Counted from the stretch's first letter, positions 49,384 through 61,909 are shown. The stretch: 64,000 nt of DNA from Podarcis muralis (GCF_964188315.1 NC_135655.1:78616001-78680000); one strand, 5' to 3'. The notes: generated by a model not told the origin, from the sequence alone. Numbers and translations are program-made.

Positions 49384-50299
49384 GGAAATGAGGAAAATAC
49401 TACTGGACCCTTGCTGGTGGTTTTCGACAACACAAGTCCTTTCAACTTTTGCCTTGGGTGATTGGCCCTTTAGCTGCTGCTCATCTGTCAGGGAGAAGTT
49501 GGCAAAGCCCTTGCTCTCAAGGGCAGGAAAGGGTGGGTATTGGCACCAGGAGCACAAACATTACAAAGCTTGTGTTTTGTAATGAACAAGGGCTGTAAGG
49601 AAGGGCAGACAAGCCAAACTACAACAGAAGGATGTCCTGTCGCACAATGTGTTACTTACACCCAGGAAGAAGGGACGAAAACAAATTAACTTTGAATTAT
49701 CTCCTTGAATTTTGTTCAGCACAATGGCTTTAAAATGGGCCTCAAACGATCCATATGGCTGCTATTCTCTCTAACAATTACTCTCCCTTGTGTAGCAAAA
49801 TGCAATCTAATTGGAAAATAAAAATGGTTTTTGTATACATCTAAACAAGCGTGAAGTATTAAGAGAACCACTCTCAGCCAACATGTTCAGAAATATCCTG
49901 AAATATGACTTCCTTAAATTTGCACAAATTCAGAATGCAGGGAGGGAGGGTGCTACATGTTGGAATGCTATCCACATAAAAGCTCTCTCTGGCACATAGA
50001 AAACGAGCATTTGATGAAGAAGTGAGGCTATGCCAAACCATCCTTCTCCAACATACAGGTTTTCTTCATGGAAGAAGTGTTTTGTTTATTTCATTTTGGT
50101 TGTCAGTTTGTTCTTGTTGCTGTTTTTACATGGAAAGCACTTGAACATGCAATCATTCCATCTGCAACCTGAATTAGTCCAAAGAGGGCTGTGCAGTGTG
50201 AAATTTCTGGATGTGTAGTTCAGTTCTCATGCTTTGCATGACTGCCTTTGGTCTACAAGCATGATATGGGAAGCCACCACTGTAAAAAGGTGAAACAAG

Positions 50300-50435
50300 C
50301 AGTGGCATAGTGTGGGTTGTCAGCACCCGGGGCAAGGCAAGTAATTTGCGCCCCCTAACCCGTGGATTTGCCCTAACCCCAGATGTTGCGCCCGGTGCGG
50401 CTGGCCCCCCTTGCACCCCCCACGCTACGCCACTG
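50300..50435. mobile_element. hAT-type MITE (136 bp, CAGTGGCGTAG-type TIR)
   Basis: cagtggcatagtgtggg / cccacgctacgccactg; 8-bp TSD gaaacaag (50292-50299 / 50436-50443). Confidence 0.9.
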
Positions 50436-52101
50436 GAAACAAGAATAAGGAGTTTTTGTTCCATCAGGCTTTTAATGAGATGAATGGCAGGGTTTTATGG
50501 GGGGGGGGTAGTTAAAGGGTTGGGACTACTGTTAGAGAGGAAAATTTGTATAAGTAAATGAATTTACCCTTTATGGTTATGAATTCTGGAAACACACTTA
50601 CTGTGCTCTCTTCCTATCATCCATCCCCTCATTGATTTACTTCTTTCTTATTTATTTTTATTAACATGAACACATAGAAAAGACAGTAAAAGGGATAAGT
50701 GTAGCAAAGAAAAATGCATATAGAAATAGAAAAAATAAAACAGAGGAAAAATGGGGAGGAAAACCCGGAAGGCATTTATTTCACCACTATTCCAGTTCTT
50801 TTTTTAAAAAAAACAACAACACCCAGAATGAAAATAAAATTCCAGGTGTTACGAAAAGCCAATATATAAGGTATACATATGTTGGAATACCTAAGCAGAT
50901 TCATATTTTAAAGCCTTGTTCTTCAAGACTTCTACCAAAGTGTGGGGGCCACAAATAGGGTCAACAAAAATGGTTGTGCTTCTAGCACGAGAGAGAAGAT
51001 TCTGCCTTTGCCTGAAGTGCAGGCTGCAACAGTAAAAATGTGTTTGCTTCTGCATGAACAGGTATATTCTCTTTAAGTCTCGCTCTTCCCCAGTCTCTAA
51101 GGACATATAATCAACATATTGTTAAATGTTATGATTTATTGCCTCTGCACAGGACTCAGTTGTGTCATGTACGTGGGTGTGTGACATACCACACTCTCCT
51201 CAGCTTACACTAATTGTTCTGCATTATTTTGAGTCCAGTGTTGTTGATATTTCCTTCTCTGTTCTGAAGGTGCAAATGCCTCCCATATTCACTGCTACCA
51301 TAATGAGGGACGCGCCAAGGGCAGGTGGTGACACAGTCTGTTTCCCTTCCACATACACAAACCTCTTGTCATACACAACCTGCCTGGGGAAACTGGCCCA
51401 GTGCTGGGAACAGCCAATGTCTGAATCATAAAGCAATATATTGCCCTAAAGGGACAATGAATGCATACTAACCAGCATTATGGGGGAGCTAACAGAGAAG
51501 CTGTGCACCTTCAGCAGGCCGAAGCACTGCCAATACCCCCCTTTTATCCTACGAAGAAATGCCAACTCCAATGAATCACTGCTCAAAGGGCAATCACGCT
51601 CAAGCAAAAAGAGACTCATAACAATGCTCTATGTGCGGCAATCTAGGCCCTTTACATTCACAGTGATATTTACCAAAGGACACATTCTGTGGCCACAATG
51701 CTGAGCATCACCGAGTCCCTACGCAGCAGGGACTGCTTTTTTTTTTTTAGCTACTGTCACTATTTATCTTGTCCCTACCTTATGTTAACTGTCAGTGACA
51801 GCAGACCCCTGCCCCATTGATCCGTCTTCAATAGGTGTTTGTTCCTGCCCCTTTCCAAGATCCCCATGCCTGGAGAAAATATGGGTTGCAGCAATGGAGG
51901 AAATTCCATGGGAGAAAGGCAAGGGAACAATATGGGAAACGGTGAAACTGGGAAATGATATAGCACGCTGGAAAGAATGATGAACGTAAATGTGGTTTTC
52001 TGGAGATATTTTTTTATTTTGTCTGTATTGAATTATAAGTAACAGACTGAAAAATATACCTAAGCCACCTCCTGCCTTTGGATTAGAATAACAGTCTAAA
52101 T

Positions 52102-52237
52102 CAGGCTTCCTCAAACTCGGCCCTCCAGATGTTTTGAGACTACAATTCCCACCATCCCTGACCACTGGTCCTGCTAGCTAGGGATCATGGGAGTTGTAGG
52201 CCAAAAACATGTGGAGGGCCAAGTTTGAGGAAGCCTG
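52102..52237. mobile_element. hAT-type palindromic MITE (136 bp)
   Basis: TIRs caggcttcctcaaact / agtttgaggaagcctg; same core as 3526-3661; 8-bp TSD gtctaaat (52094-52101 / 52238-52245). Confidence 0.93.
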
Positions 52238-53091
52238 GTCTAAATAATAGAGCGAACAGCCTGTCACAGGCCTTCAAAGTACCTCACATCCAAAGGTATA
52301 TTTGCATCTAGTCTATAATGCCCAGGTAAGAAATTGACAAGGGCCTGCAAATGTGTGTGGCAGTTCACCAATGGTAAGTGCATGTTTTAACCTTGTAACA
52401 ACCTATGCCCTTTTCCAGAGCCTAGAGGTGTGGCAGGGTAGACAGGCTGTTCCTGCCTGTTGCATGGGCTTTGGAGAGGCTTAGGAAGTAGATAAATACC
52501 TCAAAGACTTCCTACCATCTTCAAGGACAATATGAGGTCAGGGAGAGCCCCTTCAGGCTCCTGAGAAAAACAAGGAGTCTCTCAATTGGCCTTGCCCTAG
52601 GCATGCCTGTGAGGTCCTTACAACTCAAAGCTTGGGGGGAAAGTGAGAACACATCCATGAAGTTGCTCCCAGCACCATGAAAGAGAAGCCCCCACCACCG
52701 CCAAGCTCAGAAGAGGAGAGGAGAGGACCGGTGGGGTCTCATCCACACAGTGACACAGAACTTCAGAGAAACTTAGCATGACATCAGATACAACACACTG
52801 CCCCTTCCTCTACTGCAGTGGTGGTGGACCTCCAGCTCAAAGGCCTAATTAGGTCCACCAGGCCTCTGTGCAAACCACCCTCACCTGTTGGATGTGTGAC
52901 ATCATATGGTCTAAGTACCTGGGATTAGGAACCACTGCCTTTCCTCCACTGCCCTTCTCCTAGTATGCAGAGTAAATCACAGTGATGCGGCAGAGATATC
53001 TCCATATCCCAAACAGAAACTGTTAGGAAACTTATTTTCTAATTAGCACACAAAACACAGAAAGCAAGAAGCCAGGCGCAAGTGAGATTAC

Positions 53092-53207
53092 CATCTGCTC
53101 GTCCTCCCGGCTCTCGCTGGAGTCCTCAGCCTTCCTCTGAGGAGAGGATGCATGGGCCCCCGCCGCATGCCTGCCAGGGTCTGTCACCTCGCCCAGTCGC
53201 TCACCAT
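53092..53207 (-). CDS. B4GALNT4: B4GALNT4 coding exon (~exon 2, stem region)
   Basis: Minus strand reads ttttcttttgcag|AT GGT GAG...CAG ATG|gtaatc; 116 nt; encodes (D)GERLGEVTDPGRHAAGAHASSPQRKAEDSSESREDEQM, resembling human B4GALNT4 DGEKL...QRAEDSSESREEEQ as recalled. Exon numbering inferred. Confidence 0.9.
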
Positions 53208-55772
53208 CTGCAAAAGAAAAAGCAGATGCACCGTAGGGCATGAGAGGACAGCAGAGAAGCCATGGCCCCTACCAACCCATACCCCACAGCCATCACAAGG
53301 CAGCAGCTCTATACTTCAGGTTCAGAAGTTAGAAGAGCTTTTGTGCCTCATGTCTCAAGAGAGGATTCTGAAAGTCACCAGGTCATGATCTAGCAGCCCA
53401 CATTTATGCCCTGTTTCTGAAATGGCAGCCTAAACTGATGAAGTACTAAACAGGTTTTGGAGTTGTTGGTGTTCTTTTGTTTTAAACCTGACAATTCTTG
53501 AAAATGCCTCCAGTACTTGGGTCACTAATCACCTTTGGCTATCTCAAAACCTTTCCAGGTGGTTAATTTATATTGCAGTAAAGTACCACCATCTCTCATT
53601 TGGTATTTTGAATTTTGATATCTCCTTCCTCAAAGCAGAACCTTTGTTATGGGGATTTCACATTTTCTTCAGTACTCCAACTATACCAGTTTCTCACTGG
53701 GAAACTGTTTTTATTAATTATTATTTCTCCTCAGGTAGAGAAGGCTATTCCAAGGTCTGCGTACAATGCTCTTGAACAAATGTCTTGGCTCCTTATTTTG
53801 CTGACTGCCTATAAATTTCATTAGTGACATGTGGCAACCCTCACCCTCAAAGCTTATGCAATATTGTGACCTTTAACACATACACTCTCTCTCATATGGT
53901 TGCTTGTTTCTCCCCAAATCAATGTTCCCCACAATATACTGTTTTTTAGAAAGCAGGTTATAAACATGCTTATTTTTCTTACTCAACAATGCACTACTAC
54001 TGCATTAATCTGCTTAAATTTTATTTTGAGGGGTTTAAAAAAAATTATCTGAAGGTTATGCATTTCCAGCTCAGGCAGGCACATCTCTCCTGATTACAAA
54101 TGGGGTAGGGAAAGATTGAGAGAGATGCATGGTGAGCCCAGATCCCCTGCAGCAAAGCTTCCCAGTCCCCAACTGGGCGGCAGCTGGAATATTGTGTGAG
54201 TACAGTACTAAGACTGGGAAAGCCCCAATTACAGCTTTGGAAGGCCACTAGCAGCAGAAAACAGGGAGAAAGTTTTCCTATCATAAGAAATAAAGTACTA
54301 TTCACTCAGATAGCAAGCATCACACCCTTGTTGAAACATTTCCATTAGTATATCGGCCCAATTAACATTCCTGGCTTCATTCTCTCATAAGCTTCCTTGC
54401 ATTCCTAGGTACAGGGATATGAAGCCCTGAATCCTAGCAGCTAAACGAGCCCATCTGGAGGGATTACAGACACTGCAATTATTAATGAGAAATCATGATA
54501 CCATCATCAACTTCATGTAAACATCTGCTGCTTAGTGCACTGAGTAGTGGTATCCCAATCTTCCATACCAGACTATGCCGGTGCAACAACATATGTGCCT
54601 AAGCTCCTATGTGCTACACAAGCAGCCCCTTCCGGGCGGAAGCCAGCTCCCAGCTCCCCGCTCCCCACGGGTATTTGTGAAATGCCGGAACAGATCAGTA
54701 AAAACACCTGTACAAATTAGGAGATCTCAGTCATCGTGCCAGGCTTTCTTTACAAAAAGACTGGCGCCAGAGTAATGGGGCATGAAAGAGGAACAGCGCT
54801 TATAGGGGTTTACTGGCCAATTAAAACTACCAAAACACTTGCTAGCTGATATCACTTGTTTGCCCAATCATAATGCGGACAGTGGATAATCACTCCTATC
54901 TTTCACTACAATTCTAGCAAAACAAGAGGCTGAAGAGCACAAAGGAACAAAAGCTTCATTCTGCAGCGACCCCCACCACCCCACTGAGTCCCTCGTGCAC
55001 TATCTGTATTACCCCTCTGGTGTAGTACTCCTCACTCCCACCCTCATCCTGGCAAGTTTAGTCAGGATTCCCTGGTGCCCATTTGAATAAAAGATGATGC
55101 TGCCCACCTCTGTGCCCCTCTTTGCAAGGAGCCATTTTGAATCGGAGACCCAGCATTACAAGGTGTCTGGGATTCAAGATGCATGGAGAAGAGGGGAATG
55201 TCTCGTTCGGAGGTTGGGTGCAAGTCCGCAGGAAGGGGTTGCCCTGGCACCAGATCTCAGAAGCAGATAGCCTGCAGCTAGGCGAACTTGCCCTGGCTCT
55301 GGGGGAAAGGCACTGTATTTGCAAAAGGCTCCTTCATTACATTATGCTAAGCAGCTTGCTTTGCTCACCAGTGTCATATTTAATTATATCTAAAGCAACT
55401 GTTACATAAGAGCAAGGATAAACTCCAGCCAGAGCACAGACTGTTACAAACTCCTTTCCAACACATGGCCATGTGCTCAGTGACAGAGAGAGCGAACACC
55501 GTGCAACACTGGCAGAGCCTCACATCCTCTAGCAGCCCTTTACCTTTCCACTGGCTGATGCTCCACAATATAGTCTCTTGTACATGACCTGTTTCTTAGG
55601 GGTAACATCTCTTTCTTAGGCCTTCATGGCATAGTTTGAGAGGCAATTAAAAAAGGGCTGTTAATATTAGGTGGAGTCGTGAGATCAAAACTTCAGAAGA
55701 GTGAGGGAACGTTTAGAGTTTTGTTGTATTTGTTTACACAATGATAAACTGATGTCAATTATACTAGACAAT

Positions 55773-55961
55773 ATTTTTTTTAATGATATTTTATTAAGGA
55801 TTTTCTTGTTTTACAGAAGTGTAGTGCCTCGTATCTTTTTTTTTTTTTTCATGTAACATTTTTACAAATCCATTTCATTTGTTGAGGCATTAGGGGGAGA
55901 AGAAAAAAGAAAGAGAGAAGAAAAGGGGGGTGGAGAGAGGGAAGATGGATGGGGGTGGGGT
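55773..55961 (-). mobile_element. Older L1-type 3' UTR fragment, left part (split by the full-length L1)
   Basis: T-run then sequence similar to 26749-27174; continues at 61910-62045; outer 15-bp TSD attatactagacaat at 55758-55772 and 62046-62060. Confidence 0.75.
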
Positions 55962-56213
55962 CGGGTGGCGGTGTTTCTTTTTTTTTTTTAATATTTTTAT
56001 TGGTTTTTTACACATATAAAAACAATACAAAACAAAACACATACATCAAAAACACACAACAAAAATTGGACTTCCCCATACCTTCCTTTCACCACATCCT
56101 TGTTTTAACATTTTTTCAGCAACCCTTCAGTCGATTTTAGCTCAAATCTCTTTTAAATTTACATAAGATTTACCCTTTACAGCTGTAATTCTCGATTTCT
56201 TACCCCTAACATC

Positions 56214-59200
56214 TTAACAGTCCTCAATTTTACAATAGTTCTTAAGATATATTTTAAATTTTCTCCAGTCCTCCTCCACTGTCTCTTTCCTCTGGTCACG
56301 GATTCTGCCGGTCATCTCTGCCAGTCCCATGTATTCCGTCACCTTCGTCTGCCATTCTTCCAGAGAGGGTAGTTCTTGCATCTTCCAATACTTTGCTAGT
56401 AAGATTCTTGCTGCTGTGGTTGCATACATAAAAAAATTCTTATCCTTCTTTGGTACCAATTGGCCGACCATGCCCAAGAGAAAAGCCTCCGGTTTCTTAG
56501 CAAATGTCCATTTAAGGACTTTCTTAATTTCATTATAGATCATTTCCCAGTAGGCCTTGATCTTTGGGCAGGTCCACCAAAGATGATAAAATGTACCTTC
56601 AGTCTCGTTACATTTCCAACATTTATTATTGGGCAAATGATAGATCTTTGCCAGCTTAACTGGGGTCATGTACCACCTATAGATCATTTTCATTATATTC
56701 TCTTTCAAGGCACTACATGCCGTAAATTTAATACCGGTGGTCCATAACTGTTCCCAGTCAGCAGCCGCAATATCATGACCTATATCCTGTGCCCATTTAA
56801 TCATGACTGATCTCACCGTTTCGTCCTGTGTATTCCATTTCAGCAGCAAATTATACATTTTAGATAAGTTCTTAGTATTGGGTTCTAGCAATTCTGTTTC
56901 TAACTTTGACCTCTCCTCCTGAAAGCCAAGTTTCCTGTCCTGCTTAAATGTCTCATTTATCTGACGATAATGTAACCAGTCTCGAACTTTATGCTTTAGC
57001 TTCTCAAAACTTTGAAGCTTCAATGTTTCACCTTCTTGTTCTAAAATTTCAGAATATTTAGGCCAATTTGAGTCCATGTTAAGTTTTTTCACTTCCTTAG
57101 CTTCCATTGGTGATAGCCACCTGGGGGTTTTACTTTCCAATAGATCTTTGTATCTATTCCAAACATTGTACAATGCTTTCCTGACTATATGGTTTTTAAA
57201 GCTTTTATGCACCTTTACCTTGTCATACCACAGATATGCATGCCAGCCAAATTTGTTATCATATCCCTCCAGGTCCAAAATGTCTGTATCCTCCAGAAGT
57301 AGCCATTGCTTCAGCCAGCAAAACGCTGCTGATTCATAATAAAGTCTTAAGTCTGGCAGGGCGAAGCCCCCTCTATCTTTCGCATCGGTTAAAGTCTTAA
57401 ATTTTATTCTGGGCTTTTTGCCCTGCCAGACAAATTTAGATATATCCTTCTGCCACTTCTTGAAGCAGTCCATTTTGTCCAGGATTTGCAACGTCTGAAA
57501 CAAAAACAACATTCTCGGCAATACATTCATCTTAATAACAGCAATTCGGCCTAACAAGGAAAGTTTCAGCCTAGACCATATATCTAGATCTTTCTTCACT
57601 TCTGACCAACATTTCTCATAGTTATCTTTAAATAAGTTCACATTCTTAGATGTTAAGTTTACCCCCAGGTACTTAACCTTTTTTGCTATTTCCAATCCTG
57701 TTTCACTTTGAAACCTAACCTTTTCTTCATTTGTTAGATTTTTTTCCAACACCTTTGTTTTCTGTTTATTTAGTTTAAATCCTGCCACCCGGCCAAATAT
57801 CTCAATCAATTCTAAGACTCTTTTGGTGCTAGCTTCTGGCTGTTGCAAGGTTAACACTAAATCGTCTGCAAATGCCCTTAATTTGTATTGTTTGGCTCCG
57901 ACCTGTATTCCCTCTACCAGCTGGTCCTTTCTGATCATATTTAACAAAACCTCCAGGACGGATATAAAAAGTAGAGGGGATATAGGACATCCCTGTCGTG
58001 TACCCTTCTCTATTGGTATTTCATCCATTACCACGTTGTTAACAATTAATTTAGCTCTTTGTTCAGAATATATTGCACCTATACCATTTTCAAACCCTTG
58101 GCCTACCCCCATCCCATGGAGATTCTTCTTCATAAACTTCCAAGAAATATTGTCAAAGGCTTTCTCCGCATCTACAAAGATCAAAACTGCTTTTCTGTTA
58201 ACGTCCACTTCCAACAACTCCAAAATGTCTATAATGTTCCTCACATTATCTGACATATTTCTCCCTGGGAGAAAGCCTGTTTGATTTTTATGAATCTCCT
58301 CTACCAGTACTCTCTTGAATCTTTTTGCCAAAACGTCTGCAAAGATTTTGTAATCCACATTCAAGAGTGATATAGGGCGGTAGTTCCTAACTTGATGTTT
58401 CTCAGTTTCTGTCTTCGGTATAAGTGAAATAAATGCTTCTTTCCACGATTCGGGAGCCTTTTTCCCCTCTAATATTTCATTACATACTTCCTTCAATGGT
58501 TGTATTAACCATTCCTTAAGTGCTTTGTAGTATTTCGCAGTCAAACCGTCTGGTCCTGGTGATTTCCCCACTTTCATGTTCTGAATGGCACCCTCTATTT
58601 CTTGTTCTGTAATTTTTTCATTTAAAATTCTTTTGCTTTGTTCTGAGATCTTTGGTAATCCATATTTTTTAACAAATTCCTCTATTTCTTGTTCGTTTAT
58701 AGGCCCTTGCGCATACAGTCTTTTAAAGAAACTTTGAAAACAGTTGCTTATCTCATTTGGCTTGTTAATAACTTTCCCATCCATTTCCAAAAATGACACA
58801 GTGTTTAACTTTTGTCTCTTCTTCAGTTGCCATGACAGTAGTTTCCCACATTTATCTGCCGATTCAAATGTCTTTTGCCTCATTTGCTTTATCTTCCATT
58901 CTATTTCTTGATTTGTCAACTCCATATATTGCGTCTGATAATATTTTATTTCTCTTAAAATCTCATGAGACTTTGGTTTAGATCTCAATTTCTTCTCACC
59001 TTCTTTTATTTGTTTCAATATCTTTTCCTTCCTTTCATTTTGTTTTTTCCTCTTTATGGAATTCTGCTGAATTAGGAAACCACGCATCACGGCCTTGCTT
59101 GCGTCCCATACTATTCTTTTTTCCACCTCCGTTCTCAAATTTATCTCAAAATAGTCCTTCAGTTTCCTTTGGGCCTTTTGGTAAATTTCCTCATCTCTAA

Positions 59201-59951
59201 ATAGGGTGTCATTCATCCTCCATCTGAAGGTTCCAGCCGTTGTTAATTTCATTTCCATCTTTACTGCATTATGGTCGGAGCAGGTTTTTGGACAGATTTC
59301 AGTTCTTTTCACTCTTGGTGCCAGAATGCTAGAAATCCAGATTTGATCAATTCGGGTCCAGGTCATTTTTGCTTCGGAGAAAAAGGTTCCCTCTCTTTCC
59401 AAAGGGTTCCTTGTCCTCCAAATATCAATCAAGTCCATGGTATCAGTCAGTTCGAAAAAAGTCTTTGGTAGTCTCCCGTCTTTAGATATTACTTGTCTTT
59501 GTGCTTTGTCCATGTTTGTGGAGACAACTCCATTCATGTCTCCCATCAAAATGATTTTAAAGTCCATATAATCCATTAAAGTCTCATGCAACTTCTTGAA
59601 GAACTCGGCCTTCCCCTCGTTGGGTGCATAGACTCCCACAATTAACGTCTTTTCTCCTTGGATTTGTATTTCTACTGCCAGATATCTTCCTTCATCATCC
59701 TTAAAAGTCATTTTTGGTTCCCATTTCTCCTTGACGTAGATCACCACCCCTCTTTTCTTGACTTTATCTGAAGAAACAAATTCCAGTCCTAATCTTTTAT
59801 TTATCAAGAATTTTCTATGTGTCCTGACAATATGCGTTTCTTGCAAACAGATTATATCCAAGTGTTCTTTCTTTAATATATGATAAACTTGATCTCTTTT
59901 TCGGGGATGGTTTAGGCCATTACAATTCCAACTCAAGAGTTGCAGAGACAT
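56214..59951 (-). CDS. L1 ORF2p: endonuclease, reverse transcriptase, Cys-rich C-terminus (1245 aa)
   Basis: SWNCNGL, CLQETH, GDMN, RIDQIW, SDHNAV; KSPGPDG, YRPISLLNVDYK, DAEKAFD, GTRQGCPISP, FADD; CWKC...HLWWTC. Confidence 0.98.
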   Translation of the reverse strand: MSLQLLSWNCNGLNHPRKRDQVYHILKKEHLDIICLQETHIVRTHRKFLINKRLGLEFVSSDKVKKRGVVIYVKEKWEPKMTFKDDEGRYLAVEIQIQGEKTLIVGVYAPNEGKAEFFKKLHETLMDYMDFKIILMGDMNGVVSTNMDKAQRQVISKDGRLPKTFFELTDTMDLIDIWRTRNPLEREGTFFSEAKMTWTRIDQIWISSILAPRVKRTEICPKTCSDHNAVKMEMKLTTAGTFRWRMNDTLFRDEEIYQKAQRKLKDYFEINLRTEVEKRIVWDASKAVMRGFLIQQNSIKRKKQNERKEKILKQIKEGEKKLRSKPKSHEILREIKYYQTQYMELTNQEIEWKIKQMRQKTFESADKCGKLLSWQLKKRQKLNTVSFLEMDGKVINKPNEISNCFQSFFKRLYAQGPINEQEIEEFVKKYGLPKISEQSKRILNEKITEQEIEGAIQNMKVGKSPGPDGLTAKYYKALKEWLIQPLKEVCNEILEGKKAPESWKEAFISLIPKTETEKHQVRNYRPISLLNVDYKIFADVLAKRFKRVLVEEIHKNQTGFLPGRNMSDNVRNIIDILELLEVDVNRKAVLIFVDAEKAFDNISWKFMKKNLHGMGVGQGFENGIGAIYSEQRAKLIVNNVVMDEIPIEKGTRQGCPISPLLFISVLEVLLNMIRKDQLVEGIQVGAKQYKLRAFADDLVLTLQQPEASTKRVLELIEIFGRVAGFKLNKQKTKVLEKNLTNEEKVRFQSETGLEIAKKVKYLGVNLTSKNVNLFKDNYEKCWSEVKKDLDIWSRLKLSLLGRIAVIKMNVLPRMLFLFQTLQILDKMDCFKKWQKDISKFVWQGKKPRIKFKTLTDAKDRGGFALPDLRLYYESAAFCWLKQWLLLEDTDILDLEGYDNKFGWHAYLWYDKVKVHKSFKNHIVRKALYNVWNRYKDLLESKTPRWLSPMEAKEVKKLNMDSNWPKYSEILEQEGETLKLQSFEKLKHKVRDWLHYRQINETFKQDRKLGFQEERSKLETELLEPNTKNLSKMYNLLLKWNTQDETVRSVMIKWAQDIGHDIAAADWEQLWTTGIKFTACSALKENIMKMIYRWYMTPVKLAKIYHLPNNKCWKCNETEGTFYHLWWTCPKIKAYWEMIYNEIKKVLKWTFAKKPEAFLLGMVGQLVPKKDKNFFMYATTAARILLAKYWKMQELPSLEEWQTKVTEYMGLAEMTGRIRDQRKETVEEDWRKFKIYLKNYCKIEDC

Positions 59952-59956
59952 TTTTG

Positions 59957-60958
59957 CTACTGGGTAGTTTTCCCGCCGACTGCTCCAAGTTCTTGTTCCT
60001 CGTCTGTCGGTGCTGGGTTCAGTCCAAAGGATAAGTTTGCAATATCCACTATTTCCCTCTCTCTCACAGTTCCTTTCTGGAAATCCTCAAAGTTTCTTTC
60101 CAAAAAGTCTTCTTTATCTTGGATTGTTTTTATTTTGATTTTCTTCCCTTTGAAGTTAAAGGACAGCCCTTGTGGGAATTCCCACCTGAATTGGATGTTA
60201 TTTTGTTTCAATAAGTCAACTAAGTCCTTAAATTGTGTTCTCACCTCCAAAAAGTATCTGGGGATATCTTTAAAAATCTGTATTTGGGCGTTTTTAATAA
60301 CCAGTGCCTTCTGGAAATGGAGGTTCAATAATTTGTCTCTTTCTTCCTTAGTTCTCAAGGTAATTAAGCAGTCCCTTGGTTTCTTGCCTTGCTTCCTGCC
60401 AATCCGAAAGGCTGTGGTTATTGCAAATTCGTCTTCCTCTCCCTCTAATTCATCACTCCAAAATTCTTGAAACTTATCTGTAAGAAATTCCCCAAGCTTG
60501 TCCTCTTCCTCCTCCGGTACCAGTCTCAATTTCAGATTCTTACTTTTCCTTTCCAGTTCCATGAGAGCCAAGGCTGCATCATGTTCATCCACCTTTTTTG
60601 CAATAGGAGCAAATTTCCCTTTAGTTTCTTCGGCAGTACTCTTTGCACTCTCGGCTATTTGCCTTGTTTCTGTAGATTCCTGAACTAAGCGATTTATAGA
60701 CTCCGTATTAGACGATATTGCCGCTGTGTTCAAATCCAATCTCGTTGTCAGTTCTGTCAGTTTTTTAGAATTCTCTGTAGACTGCTTAGTGAGTGCTTCT
60801 AAAGATTCATTTATCCTGAGCAAAGCCTGTGTCATAGAATCCATTGATGCTGTTGTTGCTTTTTCCTGTGCGGCTAATGCTCCTGATAAAGAGCCTCTTT
60901 TCTTTTGAGCCTGCTTTGTTTTAGATCTTGTTCCTATTTCATCCAGTGGACCACTCAT
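59957..60958 (-). CDS. L1 ORF1p (333 aa; coiled coil plus RRM/CTD-like region)
   Basis: Heptad-rich N-terminal half; ELERKSKNLKLRLVPE resembles the L1 ORF1 ENRSRRNNLRI.G.PE motif; AFRIG, IQIFKD and FRWEFP motifs; position directly upstream of ORF2. Confidence 0.93.
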   Translation of the reverse strand: MSGPLDEIGTRSKTKQAQKKRGSLSGALAAQEKATTASMDSMTQALLRINESLEALTKQSTENSKKLTELTTRLDLNTAAISSNTESINRLVQESTETRQIAESAKSTAEETKGKFAPIAKKVDEHDAALALMELERKSKNLKLRLVPEEEEDKLGEFLTDKFQEFWSDELEGEEDEFAITTAFRIGRKQGKKPRDCLITLRTKEERDKLLNLHFQKALVIKNAQIQIFKDIPRYFLEVRTQFKDLVDLLKQNNIQFRWEFPQGLSFNFKGKKIKIKTIQDKEDFLERNFEDFQKGTVREREIVDIANLSFGLNPAPTDEEQELGAVGGKTTQ

Positions 60959-61559
60959 ATCTCAAGGTCGTTCCCACAGGAATAGTTGCAAGTGGAAAAT
61001 CCCACAGTTTCTGTCTCAATAGAACAGTCTCTCTTTCAGTCCTCTAGAGGGAGTACATTGTATCCAATACAAGAACAAAGAAACAGGAAGGGAAATGGCT
61101 ATACAAAGTTCCAAAAGTGAAAGTCCAAAAGAGACCCTACTTTGTTGCAATTTCAGGTCTTACAGTTTTTGTCCCCTAAAGCTTGGTTATTTTATTTCAG
61201 AAAAATCCTATTTGTATCCACAATACGGTTTGACAGCTCAGTTCCAGGCACTCTCTGCTCCGGCAGCCTGGCCAGAGGTCTCGGCAGTGGAGGTTTCCCG
61301 TTCAAAGCTCCTTTCTTTTTAGCAGATAAATTTAAGTCAAATCTCTTCCCCCCCTTTCCTGCCCTTTGGGGGGGAGGTCCTCTTTTAATGTTAGGTTTAA
61401 CAGGGTCTAAAAACAAAGTACGTTCCCTTTAAGCACAGCTTGCTCTTTCGTTGCTGAGTCGGTCATGCAGTTCCGGGAGGCAGACTTCCTTAATTTTTGC
61501 CTATCCCGTTTTCAGCCAAATCTTCTTAATTTTTAAAGTCCCGTTCCCTTTATTAGTCG

Positions 61560-61892
61560 TTCTTACTCACGGGTAATGTTGCCAATCAGTAGTTTCAGGA
61601 AGGAATTGGCGCTCTCCGTCAATGGCGACGCGGCTTCGCTCCGCGGGCTGGGTTGCGATCCTCAGCACCGCGCTCACACCCGATGCCGCTCCGGAGCCTT
61701 TAAAAAGGCTCTTTCGCGATACCGGGGGGCGCAAAGGTGCCCACCGAATCTCCTTGCTCACAGGCTTCAGCGCCTGTGATTTTAGGGGTCCCCCGCTCGC
61801 CGTAGCGGGTCAGACCCGAACTCGCGGAGCAGTCCTGCCTCGGAGCTCGAGGCAAGGACCGCCATTAACGCTGGCGCCGACCGGAAGTCTCC
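61560..61892 (-). promoter_or_regulatory. Putative internal Pol II promoter of the L1 (CpG-rich 5' UTR)
   Basis: High CpG density; element begins GGAGACTTCCGG (ETS-type CCGGAAGT at 61881-61888) with YY1-like AATGGCGG (61859-61866). Function inferred from known L1 internal promoters. Confidence 0.65.
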
Positions 61893-61909
61893 CGGGTGGC
61901 GGTGTTTCT

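Larger units (their letters stand above)
55979..61892 (-). mobile_element. Full-length L1-clade LINE (5914 bp), both ORFs intact
   Basis: 17-bp TSD cgggtggcggtgtttct (55962-55978 / 61893-61909); poly(A) seen as T-run 55979-55989; AATAAA at 55996-56001 on minus; CpG-rich 5' UTR; L1-like target TTTCT/AT. Confidence 0.97.
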
